Source: Nitrospirales bacterium
GTDB taxonomy: Bacteria; Nitrospirota; Nitrospiria; Nitrospirales; NS-4
DNA length: 27,605 nucleotides
Assembly (NCBI GenBank): GCA_035642795.1
Contig: DASQRT010000324.1
Span: 1-27,605, forward strand
Direction of reading: 5' to 3'
The notes under the pieces are model-generated. The model searched no databases and was not told where the DNA came from. It worked only from the letters and a program-made list of their open reading frames with translations. The position numbers and the translations under genes were made by a program. Of the stretch, positions 7,424 through 14,574 are shown in pieces (the first letter of the stretch is position 1; each line of letters opens with the position of its first letter).

Positions 7424-8401
7424 ATGCACTACTCGCACCGCCTGTCGCAGACCCGTCTCCACCAAATCGTCGGATGGTTTGTGCTGGTGCCGATCCTCGT
7501 CCTCGTCGGCGTTCTGGTGCTGGTGGCCCAAAGCGAAAACCTGTTTGAAGAGAAGTACCACATCACTACGGTGTTCAGTGAAGGCTACGGCTTGAAGCCC
7601 GGCAAACAGGTGATGCTCTTGGGAATTCAGATCGGCGAGGTCACCAAGATCGAGGTTACCGAGCAGAACGACGCCAGGGTGACCATGGAGATTCTCAAGA
7701 AGTACCGGGACAAGATCCGGCAGAACTCGGTCGCCAAGATCGGTAAATCCGGCGGTCTCGTAGGCGAGCCGCAGATCGAGATCACCGTGGGCCATAGGAG
7801 CAGGCCCGTGGTCGCGGATGGCGGCCACATCGAGTCGGAAGAGCCCTTCAACATCGCGGATGTGATCGCCGAGGTCAAGCCCCTCGTGGAGACTTTCAAG
7901 AAGACGCTGGTCCGGGTCGAGGAGATCACGGAGGATGTGCGGGCGACGGTGCAGACCGGCCACGAGGCGCTCAATCATGTGCGGGAAGCTTCGACGCTGC
8001 TGCCGGCCATTTTGCAGAACGTCAAGGAGACCACGGCGGCGGTCCGCGAGGCCACGCTCTCTACCACTGAACAGCTCCCCGCCATTGCGGCCAGCGTCCG
8101 CGCCAGCGTAGATCGTGCCGCAGACGCGATGCGGGATGTGAAGGTGGCAACCGGCAAACTTCCGGGGATGGTGGACTCGTTGCAGGGCGCTGTGGACAAC
8201 GTGAAGGCCGTCACGGAGGACATCCCGCCCCTCCTGCGGTCGGTGGAGGGGACGCTGGAGGACGTGGACGAGATCGTGACGGGGGCGAAACAGACCTTCC
8301 CGATCAGCACTTTCGCAGCCAAGGGACGAGCAGCCCGTGCGGAAGAACGGGCCGTTCCTGTCCCGAGGAGCCTGCGCCGCGACGACCTGGTCAGGGAATG
8401 A
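7424..8401 (+). CDS. mlaD: MlaD/MCE-domain protein with long helical C-terminal extension
   Basis: SD AGGAG; N-terminal TM; GLKPGKQVMLLGIQIGEV MCE motif; GGLVGEPQIEI; amphipathic repeats afterwards. Confidence 0.9.
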   Translation: MHYSHRLSQTRLHQIVGWFVLVPILVLVGVLVLVAQSENLFEEKYHITTVFSEGYGLKPGKQVMLLGIQIGEVTKIEVTEQNDARVTMEILKKYRDKIRQNSVAKIGKSGGLVGEPQIEITVGHRSRPVVADGGHIESEEPFNIADVIAEVKPLVETFKKTLVRVEEITEDVRATVQTGHEALNHVREASTLLPAILQNVKETTAAVREATLSTTEQLPAIAASVRASVDRAADAMRDVKVATGKLPGMVDSLQGAVDNVKAVTEDIPPLLRSVEGTLEDVDEIVTGAKQTFPISTFAAKGRAARAEERAVPVPRSLRRDDLVRE

Positions 8402-9321
8402 CCATCGCCCGCCTCAGCATCCTGCTGTTGGTGCTCGTGGCCGGAGGCTGCTTTGGCGGGGCCGCCGGGCCTGAACGCCCTCCGTTAGCTGCCCAGGAAC
8501 AGGACTTCCGTGACAAGGGACACCGCGCGCTGTCGCGTGGCGACGTCGCGCGGGCTGGCCTGTTCTTCGACGAGGCGCGCCGCCTGGCTGAGAGCATCGA
8601 CGACCGATCGGGGCTCGTCGGCGCGCTGAACGACCTGGGCGCGGTCGCCGGTCTCCAGGGCGACCCTGGCAAGGCCGCCGAATTCCATCGTCAGGCACAC
8701 GGGATCGCGCTGGAACTGGGCGATCGGGTGCTCATCGCCGACAGTCTGAGCTACCGAGGGCAGGCGTCGCACCTGCTGGGCGATCACGCCGCCGCCCTCG
8801 CCTTCTATACTCAGGCGCTGGCTCTCGCCCGGGTGGTCAACGATCGCCGGGGGGAGGCTGCCGTCCTGAACAACCTGGGCCTGCTCCAGCAGGCGAAAGG
8901 CGAGACGGACCAGGCGGAGCAGAGCTTCCAGCGGGCGCTCGCGCTTAACACCGAGGTGGGCGAACGGCGAGCTATGGCCAGCAATCTGAGCAATCTCGGC
9001 GCCTTGTCGGAGAAACGCGGCCGCTGGGCAGAGGCGCGCAGTCTCTACGAGCAGGCGCTCGCCCTCGACAAGGAGACAGAACAGCGGCCCGCGATTGAGG
9101 CCGACCTTGTGAATCTGGGACAGCTCTCCGAGGTGGAACACCGGCTGGAGGAAGCGATCGGCTACTATGACCGGGCCTACCGGGGCTACCGCGTGCTCAA
9201 TCAGGTACCGAAGGCCGTCGACGTGTTGACCCGCCTGATCCGGGTCGTCAAGGCGGCCGGCCAGGAATCCCTTGCCGCCACCTACCAGGCTGAGTTGAAC
9301 ACGCTGACCACGAAACCGTAA
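8398..9321 (+). CDS. Tetratricopeptide-repeat lipoprotein
   Basis: ATGA overlap with mlaD; lipobox VAGG-C; repeated ALNDLG, VLNNLG, NLSNLG, DLVNLG TPR helices. Confidence 0.88.
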   Translation: MTIARLSILLLVLVAGGCFGGAAGPERPPLAAQEQDFRDKGHRALSRGDVARAGLFFDEARRLAESIDDRSGLVGALNDLGAVAGLQGDPGKAAEFHRQAHGIALELGDRVLIADSLSYRGQASHLLGDHAAALAFYTQALALARVVNDRRGEAAVLNNLGLLQQAKGETDQAEQSFQRALALNTEVGERRAMASNLSNLGALSEKRGRWAEARSLYEQALALDKETEQRPAIEADLVNLGQLSEVEHRLEEAIGYYDRAYRGYRVLNQVPKAVDVLTRLIRVVKAAGQESLAATYQAELNTLTTKP

Positions 9322-9363
9322 ATCCCAACACCAAGTAATCTCGTCGGGCGCTCCTTAGCTAGA

Positions 9364-9480
9364 ACATTTCCGTTCATTTTCGAACAATTACGAGGGTCTG
9401 CCAGCCCAACTTTCACATCGGTCGCCCCGCTTCCGCCGCCCGAAAGACACCGCCAAATGTTTCCATTCTGGTCGAAATGT
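9364..9480. repeat. Phased ACATTT/AAATGT hexamer array in an AT-richer intergenic region
   Basis: ACATTT 9364, TCATTT 9374, ACAATT 9384; AAATGT 9455 and 9475. Confidence 0.5.
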
Positions 9481-9495
9481 GGACAGGTTTGAGTA

Positions 9496-9511
9496 TGGCA
9501 CCAGGCTTGGT
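9496..9511 (+). promoter_or_regulatory. sigma54-like -24/-12 element with variant -12
   Basis: TGGCAC-CAGGC-TTGGT versus consensus TGGCAC-N5-TTGCW; one mismatch at the conserved -12 C. Confidence 0.35.
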
Positions 9512-9594
9512 AAGAGTTGGTAGGGAACGGATGACCCAAGCCTTGTCTTACGGCCGAGAAAAGCGACAGCAGGGTCACGAAAAGGTGGAGACAC

Positions 9595-9801
9595 ATGGGA
9601 CTCTTAGGTGACGGACTTCAGCTTGTGGGCTTTTTGGCGGTGACCGTCGCGATCCTAGCATCGTTAGTGGCAGTCGCTATCGGCATCACGGTCTTCTTGT
9701 ACATGGCCGACCGGAGGATCCAGATTGACAAAAGAGAGCGATGCCATCGCGAATCCAACATTCCGGCTGAGGCCCAATCGTCAGGGTGTGTGGAAGCGTA
9801 G
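9595..9801 (+). CDS. Small single-pass membrane protein (68 aa), unknown function
   Basis: SD GGAG; long hydrophobic N-terminal stretch followed by a basic tail. Confidence 0.6.
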   Translation: MGLLGDGLQLVGFLAVTVAILASLVAVAIGITVFLYMADRRIQIDKRERCHRESNIPAEAQSSGCVEA

Positions 9802-9810
9802 AGGCGTTGC

Positions 9811-9975
9811 ATGCAGGAGGTAGGCGCATTCTTAATCGTCTCGCTTCTCGTGGGCCTCGTCCTTCGCTTGCGCAGCGAACGGGGGCGCGCGAGGCGACGG
9901 AGTGTCAGAACACCTGCCCGCTTCGTCGAAATCACCGGCAGGCGGCTCACGATTTCCGCTCGAAGCGATGAGTAA
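9811..9975 (+). CDS. Small membrane protein (54 aa), absent from the supplied ORF track
   Basis: Hand translation MQEVGAFLIVSLLVGLVLRLRSERGRARRRSVRTPARFVEITGRRLTISARSDE; AGAGG 6 nt before ATG; fills the gap between neighbours. Confidence 0.5.
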   Translation: MQEVGAFLIVSLLVGLVLRLRSERGRARRRSVRTPARFVEITGRRLTISARSDE

Positions 9976-10004
9976 GCGCGAGGAGACTGAAAAGCAGGTA
10001 AGCA

Positions 10005-10379
10005 ATGGAGCCAACACCTAAGTCTGTCGGGACGATGGTCGGAGAGCGACGGCGGATGCCGCGCTACCACCTCTTGACGCGCGTCGATATCCTGGTGGGC
10101 GGTGACCCGTACTGGGGGAGCATGCGCAACTTGAGCCGCAGCGGCATAGCGGTCACTGTGCGGCATCATTTGAAGACGCATCAGAGAGTCACGGTCCGCT
10201 TCCATCTCCAGAGTCCTGACGGGAGGGAAGTCATCGAGGATCTGGCTGCCAAGGAGATCTGGCAGTGCGGAGACGACGCGGGGCTGGAATTTGATCCTCC
10301 GCTCACGGCCGGCTCGCCTGCATTACAGAGGGCGCGGTATCTGATGTGGCACCTCGTCGAAAGGGAGGCAGGGCGGTGA
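10005..10379 (+). CDS. Stand-alone PilZ domain protein (c-di-GMP receptor candidate)
   Basis: RRRMPR (RxxxR) and NLSRSG (D/NxSxxG) both intact; terminal GLEF. Confidence 0.9.
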   Translation: MEPTPKSVGTMVGERRRMPRYHLLTRVDILVGGDPYWGSMRNLSRSGIAVTVRHHLKTHQRVTVRFHLQSPDGREVIEDLAAKEIWQCGDDAGLEFDPPLTAGSPALQRARYLMWHLVEREAGR

Positions 10380-10386
10380 GGGTTTG

Positions 10387-10395
10387 TGGCATAAT
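10387..10395 (+). promoter_or_regulatory. Extended -10-like element directly before ATG 10402 (leaderless candidate)
   Basis: TG-g-CATAAT then 6 nt then ATG; the same bases also read GG-N10-GC. Confidence 0.45.
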
Positions 10396-10401
10396 ACGGG
10401 C

Positions 10402-10659
10402 ATGGGAAGCTTGGCCATTCGGTTCTGTGGTGTGATGATCGCAGCAGCTTTGGTTTGCCTTCCTGCCCTGGCTCCAACCGTGGTATCCCACGCCGCGGAG
10501 CAGAAAAAAGAGGAGAAGGGTGACTCGAAGAAGAATTTCGAGGAGGCAAAGCGCGAGCTGAAGAAAGTCAGCGAGAATATCGAGAAGGCGATCTCGGAAG
10601 GGGCCAGCACCGCGGCGCAAAAGATCAAGAAAGCGTTCGAACGGGACGAGAAAAAATAA
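10402..10659 (+). CDS. Small secreted Lys/Glu-rich helical protein (85 aa)
   Basis: Signal peptide ending SHA-AE; amphipathic charged helix. Confidence 0.75.
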   Translation: MGSLAIRFCGVMIAAALVCLPALAPTVVSHAAEQKKEEKGDSKKNFEEAKRELKKVSENIEKAISEGASTAAQKIKKAFERDEKK

Positions 10660-11126
10660 TTCCTGCTGCCCGCTTCATCGCGCTTGCGTTTCTCCTGTTT
10701 GCGCAGACCGCCTGCACACCGAATTATCGCGCCTTCACGAAGCAAGCAGACTCGCTAGGCGCCGCCTGCAACCAAGCCGCCGCGCAGTTCGCCGTCACGC
10801 CGACCACGGAGGCGCGCCAGGAGGTGCTCAGCAAACTCAAAGACCTGAACGACGCACTGATCAAAATGGCCGGGTACGAGCGCGAGGCCCGGCAGACCAA
10901 CTCCGTGGACCTCATCGACGCCAACCGCGCCTTCCTGGAGACGGGACGAGCGTGGGGGAGCTGCTCGCTCGAATACAACCGGGTGCTCGTCGCGATGGGG
11001 GAGCGAGACATCGCAAGGCACAACTACCAGGGTCTGCTGTCCCGGCTCACCGCTCCCCAATTCGCGGCCGAGCGCCGCCAGATCCAGCAGGCGCTCGACG
11101 AACTGGACGGTACGAAGAGTCGTTAG
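10656..11126 (+). CDS. Helical lipoprotein of unknown function with inferred non-canonical ATA start (156 aa)
   Basis: Frame upstream of GTG 10824 encodes IIPAARFIALAFLLFAQTA-CTPNY, a lipoprotein signal; no ATG/GTG/TTG in frame between stop 10521 and 10824. Confidence 0.72.
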   Translation: MIPAARFIALAFLLFAQTACTPNYRAFTKQADSLGAACNQAAAQFAVTPTTEARQEVLSKLKDLNDALIKMAGYEREARQTNSVDLIDANRAFLETGRAWGSCSLEYNRVLVAMGERDIARHNYQGLLSRLTAPQFAAERRQIQQALDELDGTKSR

Positions 11127-11823
11127 CGAGCCCTGCAGTCGTTTTCGTCAGCACCCTCCTGGCCGTCGCAAATATCGAGGCGAACATCGGTCCCGTCAGT
11201 TTTCCCGTAAAGGTGTTCTGCTGGGACGGATGGTAGGACCCGATCAGCGTGACGCCCCACGGGAACTGGTAGACCCGCCCGTGCCCGAAGGCAGGGAACG
11301 GGCGGGGCAACGCATGGCCGAGCTCACGGCAGGCCTTGAGATAGCCATCGAACGCGATCTTGCCCAGGGCTACCACGACGCGGACGGGGGTGAGCAGCCG
11401 CAGCTCGTCCACGAGGAAGGGCCGGCACAGGTCGAATTCCGCGGGCAGCGGTTTGTTGCCCGGGGGCGCGCAGCGGACCGTGGCCGTGATGTAACAGTCA
11501 ATCAGACGCATCCCGTCGTCCCGAGAAACCGACTCGGCTTGGCTGGCAAAGCCGAACCGGTGCAAGGCGCTGTAGAGCCAGTCGCCGCTGCGGTCTCCGG
11601 TGAACACCCGTCCCGTGCGGTTCCCACCGTGCGCCGCCGGCGCGAGGCCCACGATCAACAGACGGGCCTTGACGTCCCCGAAGCCGGGGACGGGTTTCCC
11701 CCAATACGTCCAGTCGTGGAAACGACGCGTTTTGCGATGTGCGATCTCCTCGCGGTACGTCACGAGGCGGGGGCATTGGCGGCAGGCGATAATGGAGTCG
11801 TGCAGGACGCTCAGGCGGGACAT
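11047..11823 (-). CDS. udgB: Family-5 uracil-DNA glycosylase with [4Fe-4S] cluster
   Basis: CRQCPRL, GLAPAAHGGNRTGRVFTGD, VRCAPP, DLCRPF, SYHPSQQN. Confidence 0.93.
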   Translation of the reverse strand: MSRLSVLHDSIIACRQCPRLVTYREEIAHRKTRRFHDWTYWGKPVPGFGDVKARLLIVGLAPAAHGGNRTGRVFTGDRSGDWLYSALHRFGFASQAESVSRDDGMRLIDCYITATVRCAPPGNKPLPAEFDLCRPFLVDELRLLTPVRVVVALGKIAFDGYLKACRELGHALPRPFPAFGHGRVYQFPWGVTLIGSYHPSQQNTFTGKLTGPMFASIFATARRVLTKTTAGLANDSSYRPVRRAPAGSGGARPRIGER

Positions 11824-11830
11824 ACGCGGG

Positions 11831-11839
11831 ATTCTACCA
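11831..11839 (-). promoter_or_regulatory. Extended -10 element 7 nt before the udgB start (leaderless candidate)
   Basis: Minus strand TG-g-TAGAAT-cccgcgt-ATG; no SD. Confidence 0.55.
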
Positions 11840-11847
11840 GATTTACC

Positions 11848-11876
11848 TTGCTGATGGGGGAAACCCTTGCTAGAAT
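11848..11876 (+). promoter_or_regulatory. sigma70 promoter of the transglycosylase-glycerate kinase unit
   Basis: TTGCTG-N17-TAGAAT with extended TG; SD GGAGG before ATG 11902. Confidence 0.65.
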
Positions 11877-11901
11877 TTCATAGCATAGGGGGAGGGCGTG
11901 T

Positions 11902-12921
11902 ATGAGCCGAATGGAATGGATCGCGCGGTCTCGATCCCTGCTTGCGGCCGTCGTGCTCTTGGCCGTGCCGTTGGCGACCGATACCATGAGTGATCAAGAT
12001 CAACCGGTCCTGGCAGCGCCTGCGGCCGGGGCGCCGGTGCCGTTGCCGCCGGAGCTCGCGCGCTACGGCGAGGCGCGGTCGAAGCCGTTCCTCAGTTCCT
12101 ACCGCCTGCCGGACACCATCACGTTCGCCGACTCTCCGGTGCCGCTCAACGTCTGGCAGGTGCGGGAACGGATCGAGTACGAGTTCTACCGCTTTCTGGA
12201 GGATGAGGGGGACAGCATCATCCTGGCGAAGCGCACCGGCCGCTGCTTTCCGCCAGCCGAGCGCCAGTTGGCCGAAGCCGGGCTGCCTGACGATCTGAAG
12301 TTCATCCTGCTCGTCGAGAGCAAATGCATCTCGGCTGCCTATTCGCGGGCCAGAGCGTCCGGGCCCTGGCAGTTCGTCCCCGCGACCGGGCGGCTCTTCT
12401 CGCTGCAGAATAATCACTGGAAGGACGACCGCCGTAGCCTCGAGCTCTCGACCGAGGCCGCCGTCAAGTACCTGAAGAAGCTGCACGACATTTTCGGTGA
12501 CTGGTTCCTGGTCATGGCGGCCTATAACACCGGCGAGGTCCACATCCGGAAGGCCATGCGCGAGCAGCGAGTCGACGACTATTGGAAGCTGCACTACAAA
12601 TCTACAGAGACCATGCGCTACGTGCCCCGCATCATCGTGAGCAAGGAGATATTCTCCCAGCCTGAGAAATACCTGGGCGTGGCCAAGGCCGATCTCTACC
12701 CACCGCTGGACACCGAAGTGGTGACGGTGAACGTCAAGGAAGACCGGCGCCATCTGGCCGCCGTGGCTGAGCAGTTCGGCAGCTATTTCCTCGAACTGAA
12801 GCTCCTCAACCCCGAGATCCGCAAGGACTACCTGCCGCGCGGGACGCATCAGATCAAGATCCCGCGGCGTCCTGACAATGGCTGTCCGATGTCTTGCGAA
12901 AAGACGGACGAGCCTCGCTGA
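11902..12921 (+). CDS. Lytic murein transglycosylase (MltD-like SLT domain, degenerate LysM-like C-terminus)
   Basis: LLVES catalytic Glu, ASGPWQF, DDRRS, LVMAAYNTGE, ETMRYVPRI; N-terminal hydrophobic segment. Confidence 0.9.
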   Translation: MSRMEWIARSRSLLAAVVLLAVPLATDTMSDQDQPVLAAPAAGAPVPLPPELARYGEARSKPFLSSYRLPDTITFADSPVPLNVWQVRERIEYEFYRFLEDEGDSIILAKRTGRCFPPAERQLAEAGLPDDLKFILLVESKCISAAYSRARASGPWQFVPATGRLFSLQNNHWKDDRRSLELSTEAAVKYLKKLHDIFGDWFLVMAAYNTGEVHIRKAMREQRVDDYWKLHYKSTETMRYVPRIIVSKEIFSQPEKYLGVAKADLYPPLDTEVVTVNVKEDRRHLAAVAEQFGSYFLELKLLNPEIRKDYLPRGTHQIKIPRRPDNGCPMSCEKTDEPR

Positions 12922-14255
12922 TCCTTCCGTCCTCACCCATCAGAGAAGCGTTGCGTCGCATCCTGTTGGCCGCGCTCGACGCGGCCAACCCCGCCCTCGC
13001 CGTTCGGCGGGCGTTGACGCTTCGGCGTCAGACCCTACGCGTGGACGGCCGTCGTTATGACTTGCGCCGTATTGGACGGGTGGTCGCCATCGGCGCGGGC
13101 AAGGCCTCCGTCACTATGGTGAGCGCCGTGCGCGAGGCCCTCCGTGGACGGCTCGATGCCGTGTTCGTCGTGGCGCCGTCGCCCGTGTCCGGGCGGGCGA
13201 AGTCGGGGATTACGATTGCCGAAGCCGGCCATCCGATCCCGGACCGGAGGGGCATGCAGGCGGCGCGTCACGTGCTGCAGCTCGCCTCCTCTCTCGACAG
13301 AGACGACCTGTTAATCGTGCTCCTGTCCGGCGGCGCGTCCAGTCTCCTGCCCTTGCCAGTTGAAGGGCTGGCGCTGGCGGACAAGCAGCGGTCCACACAA
13401 CTGCTCCTGCGCTCCGGCGCGACGATTGCTGAGGTCAACACGGTCCGCAAGCACCTCTCCGCGATCAAGGGCGGGCGGCTGGCGGCGGCGACTTCTGCCT
13501 CGGTGCTCACGCTCATCCTTTCCGACGTCGGCGGGGACGATCTCGGCGTGATTGGGTCCGGTCCGACCGCGCCGGACCGCACCACTTTCCTAGATGCAGT
13601 ACGCATCGTTCGCCGCTATGATCTCTGGGAGCGACTACCGGTCGCGGTGCGCATCCATCTGGTGGAGGGGCTGGCCGGCCGTCGGGACGAGACACCGAAA
13701 CCGCGGAGCCTGATCTTCCGGAGGGTCCAGCACGTCGTCGTTGGCAACAACCGGCTGGCGGTCGAGGCTGCCACAAAGGCTGCGCACAAGGAGGGCTACG
13801 AGAGTGTCCTTCTCGGCACGTTCGTGACGGGAGAGGCCGGCCAGTTCGGGCGGTGGATGGGCGAACTCGGGAAGGAGCTGGCCAGGCGGACGACGCTACC
13901 TGGACCGGTGTGCGTGCTGGCGGGCGGCGAGTTGACCGTCACCGTGCGCGGCTCAGGAACAGGCGGACGGGCGCAGGAGTTTGCGCTCGCGGCTGCGCTG
14001 GCGATCCAAGACACACCGGGTGTATGGGTGTCGGGATTTGGCACGGACGGGCGCGACGGGCCGACTGATGCGGCCGGCGCGGTCGCCGATGGCAAGACCG
14101 TCGCGCGCGGCAGGCGCAAGAGAATGGATGCGGCGAGTTTTCTCCGAAAGCACGACAGCTATACGTTCTTCAAGAAAGTCGGCGGCCACATCAAGGCCGG
14201 CCTCACCGGCACCAACGTCAACGACTTGTACATACTCTTGGTCCATCCTATTTAA
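12894..14255 (+). CDS. gckA: Glycerate 2-kinase (GckA/TtuD, MOFRL family); start uncertain
   Basis: [71 protein letters not shown]. Confidence 0.92.
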   Translation: MRKDGRASLILPSSPIREALRRILLAALDAANPALAVRRALTLRRQTLRVDGRRYDLRRIGRVVAIGAGKASVTMVSAVREALRGRLDAVFVVAPSPVSGRAKSGITIAEAGHPIPDRRGMQAARHVLQLASSLDRDDLLIVLLSGGASSLLPLPVEGLALADKQRSTQLLLRSGATIAEVNTVRKHLSAIKGGRLAAATSASVLTLILSDVGGDDLGVIGSGPTAPDRTTFLDAVRIVRRYDLWERLPVAVRIHLVEGLAGRRDETPKPRSLIFRRVQHVVVGNNRLAVEAATKAAHKEGYESVLLGTFVTGEAGQFGRWMGELGKELARRTTLPGPVCVLAGGELTVTVRGSGTGGRAQEFALAAALAIQDTPGVWVSGFGTDGRDGPTDAAGAVADGKTVARGRRKRMDAASFLRKHDSYTFFKKVGGHIKAGLTGTNVNDLYILLVHPI

Positions 14256-14308
14256 ATCGTCCCGTGACTTGTTCATAATACGGCGTTACCTCACAGGGAG
14301 GCCTCGGC

Positions 14309-14485
14309 GTGGCGGAGACCGAAGACACGGCAAAGACAGAGACGTCGGCAGAGACAGCGGGCGTGAAGGAACATGACCCGACCGAAAGCTCGGGTGACAA
14401 GTGGTGGTGGGTGATCACGGTCGGCATCCTGCTGTGGATCGGATTCTGCAGCGTCGCCGTGCTCGTGTATCTATGGCGCCATTAG
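14309..14485 (+). CDS. Small tail-anchored membrane protein (58 aa), absent from the supplied ORF track
   Basis: SD GGGAGG then GTG; MAETEDTAKTETSAETAGVKEHDPTESSGDKWWWVITVGILLWIGFCSVAVLVYLWRH; CATAAT at 14274. Confidence 0.65.
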   Translation: MAETEDTAKTETSAETAGVKEHDPTESSGDKWWWVITVGILLWIGFCSVAVLVYLWRH

Positions 14486-14574
14486 GTAGTCAATCCGCTC
14501 CACCTAATGCGCAACCACGGCACCGGCTTCCGCTGCGCCAAGGATCCTAACTAACTACATTCTGCGAGAACCTG

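Noticed and set aside
9322-9594. Possible riboswitch or sRNA (e.g. c-di-GMP-I) upstream of the PilZ cluster, including stem AGGCTTGG/CCAAGCCT at 9503-9543
   Set aside because: I could not find the GEMM consensus or another known ncRNA pattern on either strand; one 8-bp stem is insufficient. An Infernal/Rfam scan would settle it.
9786-9971. 61-aa plus-strand ORF (and 9832..10017 minus) from the track
   Set aside because: No SD and low-complexity content; the 9811..9975 frame has an SD-like element and a TM helix and fits the gap better.
14498-14548. Imperfect hairpin between the convergent 58-aa gene and the PCP_red gene as a terminator
   Set aside because: The stem is interrupted and there is no U-tract; too weak to call.
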